Source: Sphyrna mokarran (lineage: Eukaryota). From it: a stretch of 64,000 nucleotides of DNA. Below are positions 50,775 to 64,000 of this stretch, one piece after another. Where the stretch lies: positions 62,744,001-62,808,000 of the forward strand of contig JAGIQG010000010.1 in the NCBI GenBank assembly GCA_024679065.1, read 5' to 3'. How positions within the stretch are numbered: the first letter of the stretch is position 1; every line of letters begins with the position of its first letter. The notes under the pieces are model-generated. The model was not told where the DNA came from. It made no database searches and was given only the letters and a program-made list of their open reading frames with translations. A program made the position numbers and the translations under genes.

Positions 50775-50960
50775 TGAGATGGCAAATTCCCTTCCCTAAA
50801 GAACATTAGTAAACAAGATGGTTTAATTTTTCACGACAATCGACAATTGTTTCATGGTTACTATTACTGAAAAGAAGATTTACTAATTTAAATTCCACCA
50901 GCTGTCATGGTGATATTTGAACCCATGTTCCAGTGCCTAAACATAGAACTCAGGATTAGT
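50775..50960 (-). mobile_element. tRNA-SINE, same family as 3081-3360
   Basis: GGCAAATTCCCTTCCCTAAAGAACATTAGT...GACAATTGTTTCATGG...AAATTCCACCAGCTG...TTTGAACCCATG. Confidence 0.75.
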
Positions 50961-51207
50961 ACCCTGCTGGAATGCCTTCTTTGTAAGAAAGTGATGGGAA
51001 TTTTATGCTGTTATTGAGTGAAGTGTCTCCTTGACAACCCTGATGGACATCCTTGTTGGGTCAACAAGTGCACTAAAAGCAAATAAAAATATCATCGAGG
51101 CCAGGTGGAGCAGGAATTCTCCCCCGGTCCCATAAAGAAAGATGAGATCTTTGCTGCCCTGAACGCCTCACCACAGCCATGAGGCTCTTAGAAAGCTCGA
51201 CTTCCAA

Positions 51208-51518
51208 AAAACAAAGAAAATTACAGCACGTGATCAGGCCTTTTGGCCCTCCAAGCCTGTACTGACCATGCTGCCCGAATTAACTAAAACCGCCTACCCT
51301 TCCAGGGACCATATCCCTCTATTCCCATCCAATTCACATACTTGTCAAGATAGCCTTTAAAGGGACTACCAAATCTGCTTCCACTACCTCCCCTGGCAAC
51401 GAGTTCCAGGCACCCACTACTTTCTGTGTAGAATATTCGCCTCATACATCTCCTTGCCCCTCACACCTTAAAACTATGCCCCCCTTAGTAATTGACTCTT
51501 CCACTCTGGGAGAAAAAA
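51208..51518 (-). mobile_element. CR1 3' end fragment
   Basis: AAACAAAGAAAATTACAGCAC...GAGTTCCAGGCACCCACTAC...ACTCTGGGAGAAAA. Confidence 0.85.
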
Positions 51519-53093
51519 CACAATCCCCAATTAACACAACCCTCCGCCACTATACTCCACAAACAATGCACCCTTTTGCTGGTCACCTTCTCTTGGTTCT
51601 ACCAGATGGCCTCCAAGGCTCTCTGATCTCCTTCATTCCTCACTGGGTGCCTCTGTTCTACATGAACAATGCACAGTACCCCCAACCTCCGAATAATACT
51701 GGTAGTGCACAACTGTCATGTTTCGATTTCCTGCACTCTTTTGATATGTTTGAATGGGCTTTGCATGTTATTGAAAATTGATGCAGAACACTAGGGGACA
51801 GTTTCTTATTTCCAAGTTGGGTAGCTTCAGACCTGCTTCAGTGTAAAAGCCAGGTCAAATGCTTTTTCCAGGGCAGATGCAGGCACAAGACACAATCATT
51901 CCTGTTGTTCCTGGAAGCAGACCATATCTGGCCATGGAGGTGGCAAGTGCTGAAGGAGCCTGGTTAGAAGGCCTATATCAGTTGTGGCGAGGAGTGCAGT
52001 GCAACAAAGATATGATCTTCCTTTATGGAGTCTGAAGGAACGTTTCTGCTCCACCTGGCCCCTCAATGAACATTGAGAGTTCAATCCAATAAAAGCATTG
52101 AGTAGAATTTTAAGGCCCATCTTGCAGGCGGAATTTTCTGGTCCTGCTGAAGATTTTTGAATCGCTCACTGCATTTTCCTCAATGGGGCTATAAAATCCT
52201 GCTCATTAGTTCAGTAGGAAATTTGTTTTTTTTAAGTGGTGAATCGTTGGCTTTTCTTGATTGACATCTTTAAATGGTTATAATAAGTTGTACTTTGTGA
52301 TCTATTTGTCAATGTCTCAGTGTTTATTTAGTCAAGACTAAGAAGTGGGAAATATCTGAAACCTCTGTTATTGATAATATAGTAAGTAGTCTGTCTGATT
52401 GACATTTTATTTGAAAGTACATTCTTCAATGGGTGTTTTATTTTCTCAGCAGTTCCACACTTGCGATTGTTATTATATGGCCCATTGGTTCTGTATATAA
52501 TGAATACTAATTGAGTGGGCAAAAAAAGGGCATACTTATGGAGGGTATGAGAGACCATGAGAGATGGATGGGGGACTTTGGTTGGCATTGAGTTTGCATA
52601 GTGTGTATGAGGAACCATGAGAATTAGCTGGGGAGCTTGGGTTTGAACTTACCTTTCAAAGAGTTCCTGAATTTAAACTATGGCTCATGAATCCTCTAAG
52701 GAATCACAAACTACAAGTCATGGGAAAGCTAACCCAACTCTATGAAAATTGTGGTTTGGGGATGCAAACTCACGCAATGGAACCAGCCAGACCTGGAGTA
52801 GAGGCTGCACCTTTATCTCAGCCTGAGGAAAATTGTCACTATATGGGTATAGTAGTGGGTATCTCAGAATTTGGTCCCACCAGCCATTTTTAAATAACTC
52901 CAGAGTTGTCCCAGCTCTGCAAAATATAGTCCTAGGTTGTTTTATCCTCTGGGAACAGGGATACTAAGAATTTTAATGGTACAGAATGATTTCACACAGC
53001 AGCCAATGAGGAGATAAAACTTGCATTCCATTAATTTTGCTTGGATTCAAATCTAAGTCACAGATGTTTCCCTGTGAACTCATTGTAGCATTG

Positions 53094-53380
53094 AATAAAG
53101 TTTATTAGTCACAAATAGGCTTACATTCACACTGCAATGAAGTTATGTGAAAATCCCTAGTCATCACACACTGGCACCTTGTTTGGTAACACTGAGGGAA
53201 AATTTAACATAGCCAATATACCTAACCTGCACATCTTTGGACTGTGCATCCAGAGTAAACCCTCTTAGACACAGGGAGAGCTTGCAAATTTCACACATAC
53301 AATGACCCAAGCCAGGAATTGAACCCAGGTCCCTGACGCTGTGAAGCAGCAGTGTTAATCGCTGTGCTATCATGCCACCC
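53094..53380 (-). mobile_element. V-SINE with alternative tail
   Basis: Colinear with 24271-24562; head GGGTGGCATGATAGCACAGCG, B box GGGTTCAATTCC on the minus strand. Confidence 0.85.
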
Positions 53381-53519
53381 AGTAATTTGTTTCAGTAAAG
53401 TAAGAGAAAGTTCAAGAATACAGCTTTAAGTATTTCATGTAAAATTATACTCTTCTATAATTTACAATGTAGCACACATTCTTTTTGAACTCTGATAAAT
53501 AACGAAACCATGATTACAC

Positions 53520-53960
53520 TTTGCCTCTGCAATGGCACAATTGTCAAAGTAAAGTTTTCCACATTTTCATTAATAATTGCACAATATGAACACTATCTTT
53601 GAGAAACTTAGAGGGCACATTTGTTATGCTGCATGGGAGAACATATTAACAATGTGCTAATTAGTCTGATTTACATATTCTAATTAGGTTAATTACAAAA
53701 TAGATTTTCCTCTATAACTCAAAAACAGTAAGGCCTATCTTTATGAAAGTTGCAGAATATATTCATTATGTTAAAAAGCAGCATATCAGTGCATGTTGCT
53801 CATTAGGCACACTTTATATATGCAAATTAGGTTAATTACAAAGTACAATTTCCCCAATAAGCTAAAAAATGTTTGTCCTATCTAAATGGAATTTGGAGGT
53901 TATAACCATTTTGCTATTAAATATAACATATGAATGAATTGTGCTAATGATATCTGATGT
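53520..53960. repeat. Diverged tandem array, three ~143-bp units
   Basis: CTATCT at 53593, 53735 and 53878; AATTAGGTTAATTACAAA at 53682 and 53825. Confidence 0.8.
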
Positions 53961-56900
53961 CAATATTTTATTTGATTATGTAATAGCATTTCCCTTCAAA
54001 TCACACAATATGAATTACTGTTACAAAAGTAAAATGCTATGATGTGTACTGCCTTTAAATGGAGATACTTGATTCTACCAAATTTGGATTTTATTTTTAA
54101 AAATCAAGAGAAATTTATCATTGATGCTATCTTAAAAGTTAGGTGACTTTTATTTCATCTACCCAGAGTTCAGGAATATTGAATCATCTAAGATAAACAT
54201 GAGTTGTGTTCACTCCCACCCTCTCAATGCTGCCTCTACACTCTGTTCTCCTCTACCAAGGCTAACTATCATTGAATGAATGTTCAGGCTGGTTAAAGAG
54301 AGAATGAGTGTAAGTGTATTGGTGTCATGTGACAATGTAAGTGCTGACTTAATGAGAGCTGAGGGAGTAACTATGTCCCAAAGTTAATATTAGGGGTTTA
54401 TTGCTCAATGTAATGTTCTGAAACTGGTGCAGCAAATGCTCAGAAACTCAATTTATCTCCTCTAAAAAACATTGCCTTGCCTGATTCAAAAATGTTCTGT
54501 ATCAGCTTGCAAACATTATGTTCACCAATGAACCCCAATTATTATCTCTGGGTGGGAGTTGATCCATCTATCTTTGTTATAACATCCATATACATCTACC
54601 AACCCCTTTGGTTATATACCTGAGTACATTGTGTTACATTTCTCTGAGTGGTGGAAGATGCCTTGTCCAAACTGGAATTTAAGCATTCAAGCATGTATAG
54701 CCAAGAATCTCTGGCATTAATAATTTTTTGCTGATTGACAAAATGACATCCAAACTGTGTTTCTCTCCTGATCAAACTTGTGATCAGAATTGATGATGGC
54801 TACCAGTGATTTGACCTAGAGCAGTGACGTTTACTGTACATTCTGCAGAAACTCTAGGCTGAGCACAGTTCTTTCTGTTTATTAAAGTTCTTGGTCTAGA
54901 ATTTCCATCAAATGACTGAGATCATTATTGCATCTTCTTAAAAAAAGTGCATCTGCAGTTGGCCTGTAGAGGGGGACACACATGAGGTTCTTGGGTTTTC
55001 TGGCTTGCATACCCATTGGTGTAAGAATTGGTGTGAGATTGGCAAAAGAACCTGAAGTACCTGAAATTTCTGTGCAGTCTTAAAAAAAAGTTCAGACTGC
55101 ATGCTTCAGCAGTAAGCTGGCAGACAAAGGAACAATACTTGCTCCTTTGTACCTCCTGCTCTAAGAAAACTTTGCTGTACCTCTTAACAATGTTTTACTG
55201 CTCTTGTTCAGAATTATGATTACTTAAGCATTATCCATACCCAGATAATATGGCACAAAGCCAGAAGTGAAGACTACACAACTTCACTCAATTGGACCAT
55301 CCTGGGTGACACTGTCACAGGATGAACAGACTCCTGGATGTGGATACTGCCATGTCATCGAAAATTATTACTTGTGCCACCTGGAGGAGTGAGCACTGAC
55401 CACCGACCCCCTCATCATTAGAACTAAAGAACAACACCACAATAAGTTCCATATCCCCAGCAGGGTATATCACTCCCTTTCTTGACTTAACTATCCTCAA
55501 CACCAGCATACTCTCCACCGTCTGAAAACAGCACTTCCATAACTGAATGTTCATCATACTCTCTGGTTAAGATGGGCTCTACCATAGTGACCAAGTTCTT
55601 GGCACAAAAATTGCTGACATGCACAGTGCTAAATCCCTTTCTCAATTTTAGAAGCCCAATGCACTCACAAGCTGCTTAATACACACTCAATTTCCAGCCT
55701 TACCTTCATTCACTCTTGATTGATGCTGTAGACCATTCCCACCTTTAAACCTTCCACCACTGAGCTCCTGCAATGTCACACTGATATCCTAATGAACACA
55801 CATGTATGTTTGCAGGATACTCAGAAGTCCTTGTCCCTGGCTTTCATTTAGATATAGTCATATGAGGCAAGTGACAGTTCAGTCAGCAGATAGCAGGTGA
55901 GCCGTAGAACTGCAAGTAAATCTCAGGAGAAAGTGTTCCAAAAGTGGAAGCTAGGTGATAAAGGTTTCCTCCCAACTTTTCTCACAGAAATTGTTTTCAA
56001 CAATATTCCAGCATGGTAAATGTGCTGGAATTGCTGAGAAATTTCACCTTCCTATCTATTCAATTTGGAAACTAAAGAAAAGCAGATATTGATGGAATGT
56101 CACAATAATAATATTGTCATGGTTACAAATAATTTCTAGATGTGTTTAATAAGTGAAAGGAATCAGTTGGCTTGATGTAGTGTAGAAGAATAGTAGGGTT
56201 CAATCCCTGTACTTGCTGAGGTAGCTCTAGAAGTCGAGCCCTTGCCTATCGTAGCATAAGCTTTGGTTACCAACATTTGAACAATAGAGAATGCTGCATT
56301 GGGAGAGAATAAAAGATGGGTTTGCCTGTACCTTATGCAACTATTGGCAATGAGATGTATTTTAGTCTATGTTTCATATCAATGTAACACTGACATGAAA
56401 AAGAAGATTTGGATTTGACCATTTTAGCCTGAGATGCTCCTTCCACACTCTCAAATTCATGTGTTTCACGTCAGCATTGTCTACATCCTATAATGCTGCA
56501 CTGCTGGTCACCATAGCTTGGTAATTGGAAGTCAGTTGTCTGAACAACCTGATATTATTTCCTCATCACTTGCCAAATTCTTCAGTTGGACTTCTTCTAC
56601 AATTAACCTGTTTATGTCAAATGGATGAGGAGAAGGCTGCATTCTTGGATATTCCGATGATAAATTGCAATTTGAAGCCAGCAACACCTGCCCATTTTGT
56701 TTTTGGAACTCCAGTTTATGTGTTTTCGATTAACTCTATCAGGAATACTGGATGGATTGTGTGGATATTGGCTCCACAGGTTCATTGTGTTTATTAAGCG
56801 CTTCCGTCATGATTATCAAATTGAACTGGGTGGTTTAACTTGCTGCTGGACAGATGTTAAACTGCTGCTAAACAGTCACTGTTACCTTTCCAATTGGTGG

Positions 56901-57040
56901 GAAGCTGTGCAGATTCCCCCAAAACATTAATACTCAAGTCAGGATTCCTGCTGGCAGCAATTGGAAACCCTCCTTTCTGAGGACTTGTATTCCTCAGCTT
57001 AATGGATGCAAACCTAAGCTCTCAATTTAAAAAAATGGAT

Positions 57041-57068
57041 TTCATCATCATTATCATCATCATTATCT
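57041..57068. repeat. Imperfect (ATC)n microsatellite
   Basis: TCATCATCATTATCATCATCATTATC. Confidence 0.85.
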
Positions 57069-57334
57069 GTGCCAACTTCCATAAAGGCAACAATGTAGTG
57101 ACATCACATTACCACATTGTTGTTCTCCTTTGTCAGCAGTAATACAGCAATATAGAATGAGACTTAAATTTAATGACTGAGTTTGTATTTAGTTGGCATT
57201 AGCAACAAATTTAAAGTTCAACCACATCCACATCAACAAAAATGTGTTGTAGTGTACTCGAGGAATAAGAACATCAAACCCGTCAGAGTGGAAATTAACA
57301 GTTTCCAAAGAGATTAGAAAGTACTGTTGTTAAA

Positions 57335-57845
57335 TAAAAGAACAAAGAACAGTGTAGCACAAGACCAGGCTCTTCGGCCCACCAAGCCTGCACTGACACA
57401 CAACACTTTTTTAAACTAAAGATCTTTTGCCTCTACATGGTCCATATCCCTCTATTCCCTGCCTATTCATGTGTTTGTCAAGATACCTCCTAAATGTGAT
57501 CAATATCTGCTTTTACATCTTCTCTGGCTGTGCATTCCAGGCGCTTATCACCCATTATGTAAAAACTTTCTTCTCACATCACCTTTAAACTTTTCCCCTT
57601 TTTTCTTAAATCTTTAACCCTAGTAATTGACATTTCTCCTCTTGGAAAAAGACTCCAACTATCCATGCCTCTCAATTTTGTAAACTTTTATCAGGTTGCC
57701 TTCAGCCTCCGGCATTCAAATGAAAACAAACCAAGTTTGTCAATCTCTCGCCAAAGCTAATACCCTCCAAACCAGCCAATATCCTGGCAAATCTTTTCAG
57801 TACCCTTTTCAAAGCCTCCACATCCTTCTGGTAGTATGGCAACAT
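57335..57845 (-). mobile_element. CR1 3' fragment
   Basis: AAAGAACAAAGAACAGTGTAGCACAAGACCAGGCTCTTCGGCCCAC...AAAGCCTCCACATCCTTCTGGTAG. Confidence 0.85.
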
Positions 57846-58521
57846 TGATCCTTGCTTAATGCTTCTGTCAAAGAAAGCAGAAATCCTCCTCCTTCATCTG
57901 AGGTGATTTTATTTTGAATAGAATTGTTTGCCAATATCACAAACTGTAAATTTCTGCCCTCATGTAAGCTTATGACACTTATTAAAAAAAAACAGATCTT
58001 CATGACTGAGCATCCAGCAGCAATCACTGTTTAGGCTCATGCACTGCACATGAATAACTACCTGTATCAGATGGCTGCCAGTGGTTGTAGAGCCAAGATT
58101 TAAATAAAACTATGGATTTGCTTGGGAGGAAGCAAATGTGTATATAAGCATTAAGAAAGGCTAACACATTTCCCTGAAGCTGCTCCAAACCATCTTCCCA
58201 CTGTTGTTACTTCATTGGTACCTCTTTAAAAGTCACAGCCGGACAATTCCAACAGCTCCCCCCAAGGCTCAGCTATTTATGATCCACCCTGCCCATTGCT
58301 TCCAATGCAAACAACACAAACTTAATTTAAACAATTGCAGCATGCAGTAAGCGCTAAACACAGTAGTTGCATGCCTGAGCAGAGAGTGCAAGATCGTGAC
58401 AGGCCAGCACAAGTTGAGATTAGCCTGCCAACTTCAAGCCAGCCTACACCTCTGAAATTCTGTTCAAAGTAGGTGCTAGATGCCATTATAAAAGCCATAC
58501 CAACGTAGTCCTGACACAAAA

Positions 58522-58608
58522 ATTGCACAAGTTGGCAGAGAGCATGCTCCAAGACTTTTTCAGTTCTGCATTGGAAGCCTTGGTGCAGGAAGTGGAGAGA
58601 AGATGTGA
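58522..58608 (+). pseudogene. Harbinger Myb/SANT-like gene N-terminal relic
   Basis: AQVGREHAPR / frameshift / FSSALEALVQEVERRCD resembles the R.RAPRFS...LE.LV.EV..R start of Harbinger Myb/SANT-like proteins. A weaker relic lies at about 51895-52025. Confidence 0.7.
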
Positions 58609-60273
58609 TTGGCAGCGGTGACAGATGTTGGCAATGCACCCACCAAAGACCAGGCTACAGTGAATGAGGGAAAAATAAGAATCACAGGATTAGGGTCACG
58701 GGGACGGTTTGGGGAGGGACAGAAGCCGCTCATAGGCAAGGACTCACTTGCCTTTCGCAGTGCCAGATCTCCCAATTAGAAGGACCTTTGAAAAAGGCCA
58801 TAGGTGATCCTGACAGGCTTTGCCAGATGACCTTCAGGAAAAGCAGAAAGCTCTTATTTAATCCCTGTGCCGCTATTAAATTGCGGTGAGTTTAGGGATA
58901 ATGGATGTCAATTGGCTCATTAATGAGCTAAATTGACATCATGCCACTGCTAGCAGCCAGTAACCACGCATCAGCCCTTCCACATAAACTCAGGAGTTTT
59001 GCAGCTGCCAGGTTTTGGGGCCTACCTCATGATTAAGTGGACCTGGTTGCTATGTTCTTACTACAATGGACTGCATTGAACCCAGCCCTGAACATGCTTA
59101 GTAAGACAGGAATAAGCTGATAATTTTTTGTTGGTAAAAGAAGGAAAATGGCAAGAATAAATGAGAGAAAAATTAATCTGTTTTAGAGTAACTCTATCTA
59201 GCGGTGGTCCAAATAGCATATTTGAAACTTAATAGTTTTATTATTAATGCCATTATAGGCTATTGGAAAATGATAACATTTGTAGACTACAAGGAATCAC
59301 GTACATAGGTGGAGAAATTTATATCCTCACATAAATGTCTTTAGCAAACTTTAGGATGAATTATATATGTTATCATGTTGCTGAAATGCTGGTCAACCCC
59401 ATTTAGGCCACAAGTGGGTTCTGGGATGGCAGATTGCTGAGTTATCACCACCGGGGCTGTCATCCAATTAATGATAGTGGTCTTTCCTCAAGTGCTGACG
59501 GCCTAATCAGGAAGCCAGCAACCTCAGCAGAATCACCATTAGCTAAATGCAATTGAGGGGTGATGACACCAAGCAAACAAGCCCTTGTGTGTGAGGGCAG
59601 AGATGGTCATTGAGTATTAGTGGCATCTAATGGTGGCTATGTCAGAGGATCTTCTGGTGGGCTATCCATCCCCAGCTCCAAAAAACCTGCTGGGAGTCTG
59701 CCAGTTTGCCAGGTGGTCTGCCCACATGGCAGCAGGCTTTCCCAGCATGGGAAAAATACCCATAGCTGTGGAAATGGCCCTTAATTAGCTATTTAAGTGG
59801 TGCAATTGTTCACACAAAATTCCCGTTCCTGGCAATATACATCAGTGGCAGAAGGTTTGCCTTTTTCTCTTAAGGGACAAAGCAAGAATGCCAAATTTCA
59901 AATAATCACAAATTTTCAAATGCTGAGTGATTGGCAAGTTGACTTTATTAATCAAGGTGTTCTCATGGAGGAAGCAATGGGGTACCTTAGGTTCCCCATG
60001 CTCATGAGTAATTTAAAAAAGATATAAGGCTTGAACATATTCCTTTTGTTTGCTGAGAGTGAGTCCCTGCACACAAATGTGGGTGGCTCTGAGCAAGTGT
60101 AAATGAGCCACGTTACAAGCTGAACTGATTATCTTAAACCAGTTGTTAATATGGTTATTAGCACATGTAGGATCATTGAACAATATTCAGAGTTCGACAC
60201 CTTTAAGTTAGAATGATGATATATATTTCCACCTTGTTGTGGTGGTGAGGATGGAGTGTGTGCAAACTCAAGA

Positions 60274-61325
60274 GGGAGTGATTCTCCCATTCTGCCAATT
60301 TTTTTTAGGTCAGGAAATTTCAGCGGGACCAGATTAGCATAATCCACGCTGGCATCCAACCCCAAGTGCCTCTCCCAGCGCTGGATTCCAGCTCCATCAG
60401 CTCCGTGCTGAAAATAGATGCAGAGCTGCCGAATGTCTTCAAGGTGTCATTTTAACATAATTTGAATATAATTAGCAGGCCCAGGATCCACCCCCTCCCC
60501 CACAACCACGTCCCCAGGAATGGTTCACTCCAGCTCACACTAAGAGGCAGCTGATGACTGACCCTGCTGGAGTGAAGAGGGATCCCTCAGAGGGTCAGGT
60601 AGCAAGGGGAGTGTCCCATGGGCATCGGCACTTGGCAGTGCCTGTCTGTGCCTCCTGGCACAGCCTAAGAGACAAAGTGCGAATACCCAGGGAGATTCTT
60701 GGAGAAGGCAGTGCGAAGGGGTGGGGCCTCTGGGAGGGGGGAGGGGGCGATTGGTGGGAATGGGGGGGGTTCTGCTGCCACTCTGATACAGACAACAAGT
60801 AGAAGGAGGGAGGCCAGCGATTGAGGCTGGCCGTCGGGGTTGAGGGGGATGGTGGAGGGTGCGGGGGTTTGGATAGATGGTTGGTACTGCTGGTGGAGGG
60901 GGGAATTGGTAGATTGGGGCAGCGGGATCTGGGGGGGGTTCAAGGAGGGCCCAGGCATACTTGGGGACCAGCGATCGGGCCAGGGGAGTGGGGTGAGAGA
61001 GCCAGCATTGCAAAGGTCATGGCACTGGACGGTGATCAAGCTGGCCAGCAATCGGGAAGCCAGCAGACCGAGGCCACTACGCGTGCATCGATTTCAGCGC
61101 TGACAGATTGGCACATGCACAGTGGCCCGTTCAGCTCTATGCCGCCAGCCTTCTGGGCAGGAATAGGTCCCACCCATTGATTTCTAACATGATTCTTGCT
61201 GGTGCGCTCAGCAATGTACAGATTATGGGAGATTCTTCTCTGAACTCTCACTAAAAAAAAAGCATGATTTACTCCAGTTTTCATACAAATTCAACACTTG
61301 GAATTTTTTTGGGAGAATCGTGCCC
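60274..61325. mobile_element. GC-rich non-autonomous Harbinger-like element
   Basis: TIRs GGGAGTGATTCTCCC / GGGAGAATCGTGCCC (12/15); G-run-rich interior at 60700-61000. Confidence 0.8.
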
Positions 61326-61959
61326 TGGGATATCTTGTTAAGTTAGATGGAGTTAATATCGCAACTAAGCTGAACCTCATGAAAGGTGTTTTGTTTTTCA
61401 ATAATTAACAAACAGTTTTAGTTACTTGGTTAATAAATGTCAGGATTCCTTGGTGTATAAAGTTCTCACATTGACACACAAATAGCTGAATGTGGGGTTC
61501 TGCTCAGGGACCAAAATAAGCCATCAAAATGGATCAGCCTCTGTCAGGAAAGGTTCTCCCTTTGACTGTAATTTAATAATGGCTCTACTGCTGACATTGG
61601 TATCAAAATGACAACCACTGCAGATGTATCACGAGCCATGCAGCTTAATTATAGATTAACCAGCTGCATTTCTTACTTTTGCTTCACATTAAGCTAAATT
61701 ATAGGGCTGAATCTTCCCCATCTTTTGGTCAGTGTGACTAACTTCTTTGATAGAAAATAAGAGACATTTTGAAACCGGGATGGTTATGGGGTAATGGTGA
61801 CCAGTTAGGTGGATGGAGGGTCAGAGGTTGTTGCTTGCAAGTATGAGAGGACGGGGGATAGGATGGACACATCCCCTTATTATGGCAATTAGTTGCTATT
61901 TGGTTAGCTCAAATGCCCAGTGTGAATGTTGGTGTGTACAGAATGGATGAACATTAGCA

Positions 61960-62300
61960 AATAGGTGAGTAGATGAATGAATGAATGGATGGAATGGTAG
62001 GGTAAGTAGGAGGGTGATGTAAGTGGGTAGAGTTACAGGTGAGTAAGATGATGGATGGGTTGATTACTGGGTGCACAGGGTGGCAAGCAGGTAGGATGAC
62101 AGATGATTAGGGTGGCAGATGGATAGCTTAGTAGCTGGGTAGTTTTTCAGATAGGTAGGCTGGCAGGTGGGTGAGATGATAGGCAGGTAAGGTGGCAAGT
62201 GGGTAGAATGACAGATTTTTGATGTGGTTTTGGATAGTTTGCAGTTGGATTCGGTGGCAGGTGGGTAGGGAGATAAGTGGGTGTGGTGGTAGGAGGCAAG
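61960..62300. repeat. Degenerate (GGAT/GGTA/GGCA/GAAT)n simple repeat
   Basis: Tetranucleotide-periodic purine-rich tract. Confidence 0.75.
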
Positions 62301-62549
62301 TGTCTGCATTGATCCCATGGAACTGTCTGAAGTCTCCAACTGTTACTCAGCATCAGAGACTGGCATGCTGGTTGGTGGGGGCAAGAGAAAGGGTGCATCC
62401 CGAATTGCTGGGAAATTGCTCATTGGAACTTCAAATCGCTTCGGCAATTGCCACAGAATTCACCGTGTTGGGACATCCGTGGAGCTCTGATGCACATCTT
62501 GAACCATACAGCTGGCACCAAAAGGAGAGGTAACGCTTGTGGTTAGATG

Positions 62550-62940
62550 GTGCTTTTCACAAGGGTTCCAAAATGTAATACAGCCAATGAAGAACTTTTG
62601 GAAGAATAGTCAGTGTTACAACGTAGCAGCTAACGTGCATCCAACAAGCTAGCAGAAATGGCAAGGAGGTAATAATCAGATCATCTCACTTATTAACATT
62701 GCTCAGGGATCACAATTATCCAGAGCAGGAGAAGAATGCCTGTGCTCATGTGAGCTCTTCTATATATAACCGTGGGGACAGACGTGTTTAATATTTAATC
62801 TGATTGGTGGCATCATCAACAACGCAGAGCTCCCTTAGCAACTGAGCTGAAATGTCAGCCTGGATTTTATGCTCTGGAATGGGAGTTGAACCAACAACTG
62901 TCTGGTTCAGAGTTCAGAGTGTGACCCACTGAGCCATTAC
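62550..62940 (-). mobile_element. DeuSINE (SacSINE1-like), decayed
   Basis: TACAGCCAATGAAGAACTTTTGGAAG...GGAGTTGAACCAACAAC...CCCACTGAGCCA is the reverse complement of the 29060-29492 family. Confidence 0.75.
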
Positions 62941-63185
62941 TGAATTCCTACTGAGTGAATAATTGAAAATCATTCAGTAATTTAAATCTGATTGCTGGTC
63001 AAGTAAAAATTGTTCTTCGAAAGAATGAATCCCAGAGAAAGATGTTTTCAGTGACTCGATTAAGCTAGTCTCTGAACAATGATGGCGGAATAGCATTTGG
63101 GCCTGCTCATTAAGAATCCCCATCCTGTATTTTCATTGTATATATTTGTAATAGCATATTCTCCTTTATTAGTTCAAAAGTTAAT

Positions 63186-64000
63186 TAGATACAGAAGCAG
63201 AATTAGGCCATTCGGCCCATCAAGTCTGCTCCACCATTCGATCATAGCTGATATTTCCTCATCCTCACTTTCCTGCCTTCTCCCCATAACCCTTCAACCC
63301 ATTACAAATTAAAAATCTGTCTAACTCCTCCTTTAATTTAGTGACTGTCCCAGCATCCACCACACTTTGGGGTAGTGAATTCCACAGATTCACAACCGTT
63401 TGGGAGAAGTAGTTTCTCCTCAATTCTGTTTTAATTTTGCTACCTCTTATTCTAAATCAACAACCTCTCATCCTAAAATGCCCCACAGGAGGAAGCATCC
63501 GCTCCACATCTATTTTATCCATATGTTATATCAATTTATGTACCTCAATTTGATCTCTCCTTATTCTTCTAAATTCCAGAGAATATATCTCTCTCCATAC
63601 AACAAATCCCTCATTTTTGGAATAAATCTACTGAACCTCCTTTGAACTGCCTCCAATGCCACTAATTCTTTCCTCAAATACAGGAACCAAAACTGTGCAC
63701 AATAATCCAGGTGCAATCTCAACAATGCGTTGTATAGTTGCAATAGTACTTCCTTACTTCATTATTCCTTTAATTATAAATGCCAACGTTCTATTCGCTT
63801 TCTTTATTCTCTGCTGTACCTGCATGCTAGTTTTCTGTTACTCATGAGTGAGGACACCTAGATCCCTCTGCCCTGGAGCACCCTGCAGTCTCTCCCCATT
63901 TAGATAATAAGTCACCTTCCCATTTTTCCAAGCAAAATGTATGACCTCACGCTTCTTCACGTTAAACTCCACCTGCCATTTTTTGGCCCACTCTCCTAAC
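63186..64000 (-). mobile_element. CR1 LINE 3' portion (continues past the window edge)
   Basis: ORF 63561-63743 (LYNALLRLHLDYCAQFW..YLRKELVALEAVQRRFSRFIP); 3' UTR starts TAGATACAGAAGCAGAATTAGGCCATTCGGCCCATC. Confidence 0.9.

Noticed and set aside
51237-51247. Second U2-like match GGCCTTTTGGC
   Set aside because: Only 11 nt, inside a CR1 3' tail (AGGCC.TTCGGCCC motif), with no further U2 homology.
60540-61284. Cluster of Pro/Gly-rich ORFs
   Set aside because: They arise from the stop-poor G-rich interior of the TIR element at 60274-61325.
1-64000. Prokaryotic, viral or organellar system, or an intact transposon ORF
   Set aside because: No gene-dense segment, operon or long intact ORF; every recognisable coding relic is broken by stops or frameshifts, or is truncated.

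Overview
Eukaryotic, AT-rich, repeat-dense DNA, almost certainly from a shark or other elasmobranch. It carries HE1/V-SINEs, SacSINE1-like DeuSINEs, CR1, RTE, L2 and Rex1/Babar LINE fragments, Penelope-type inverted repeats and many PIF/Harbinger-type non-autonomous elements. I found no recognisable host protein-coding exon: the long ORFs are either transposon relics or chance frames. The window looks like a large intron or gene desert, with several repeat-free blocks resembling conserved non-coding elements (about 1.8-3.1, 11.4-13.3 and 43.9-45.5 kb). The most notable items are: (1) a rearranged U2 snRNA-derived element at 38443-38641 that has lost the branch-point recognition sequence but appears to keep U2-like stems; (2) a 42-bp module duplicated 1358 bp apart; (3) a diverged three-copy array of a ~143-bp unit; (4) a hammerhead-ribozyme core inside a Penelope-type palindrome; (5) a 1.2-kb element with ~170-190-bp inverted arms; (6) V-SINEs with two different LINE-derived tails. 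Repeat family names come from recalled consensus features, not database searches, and most boundaries are approximate.
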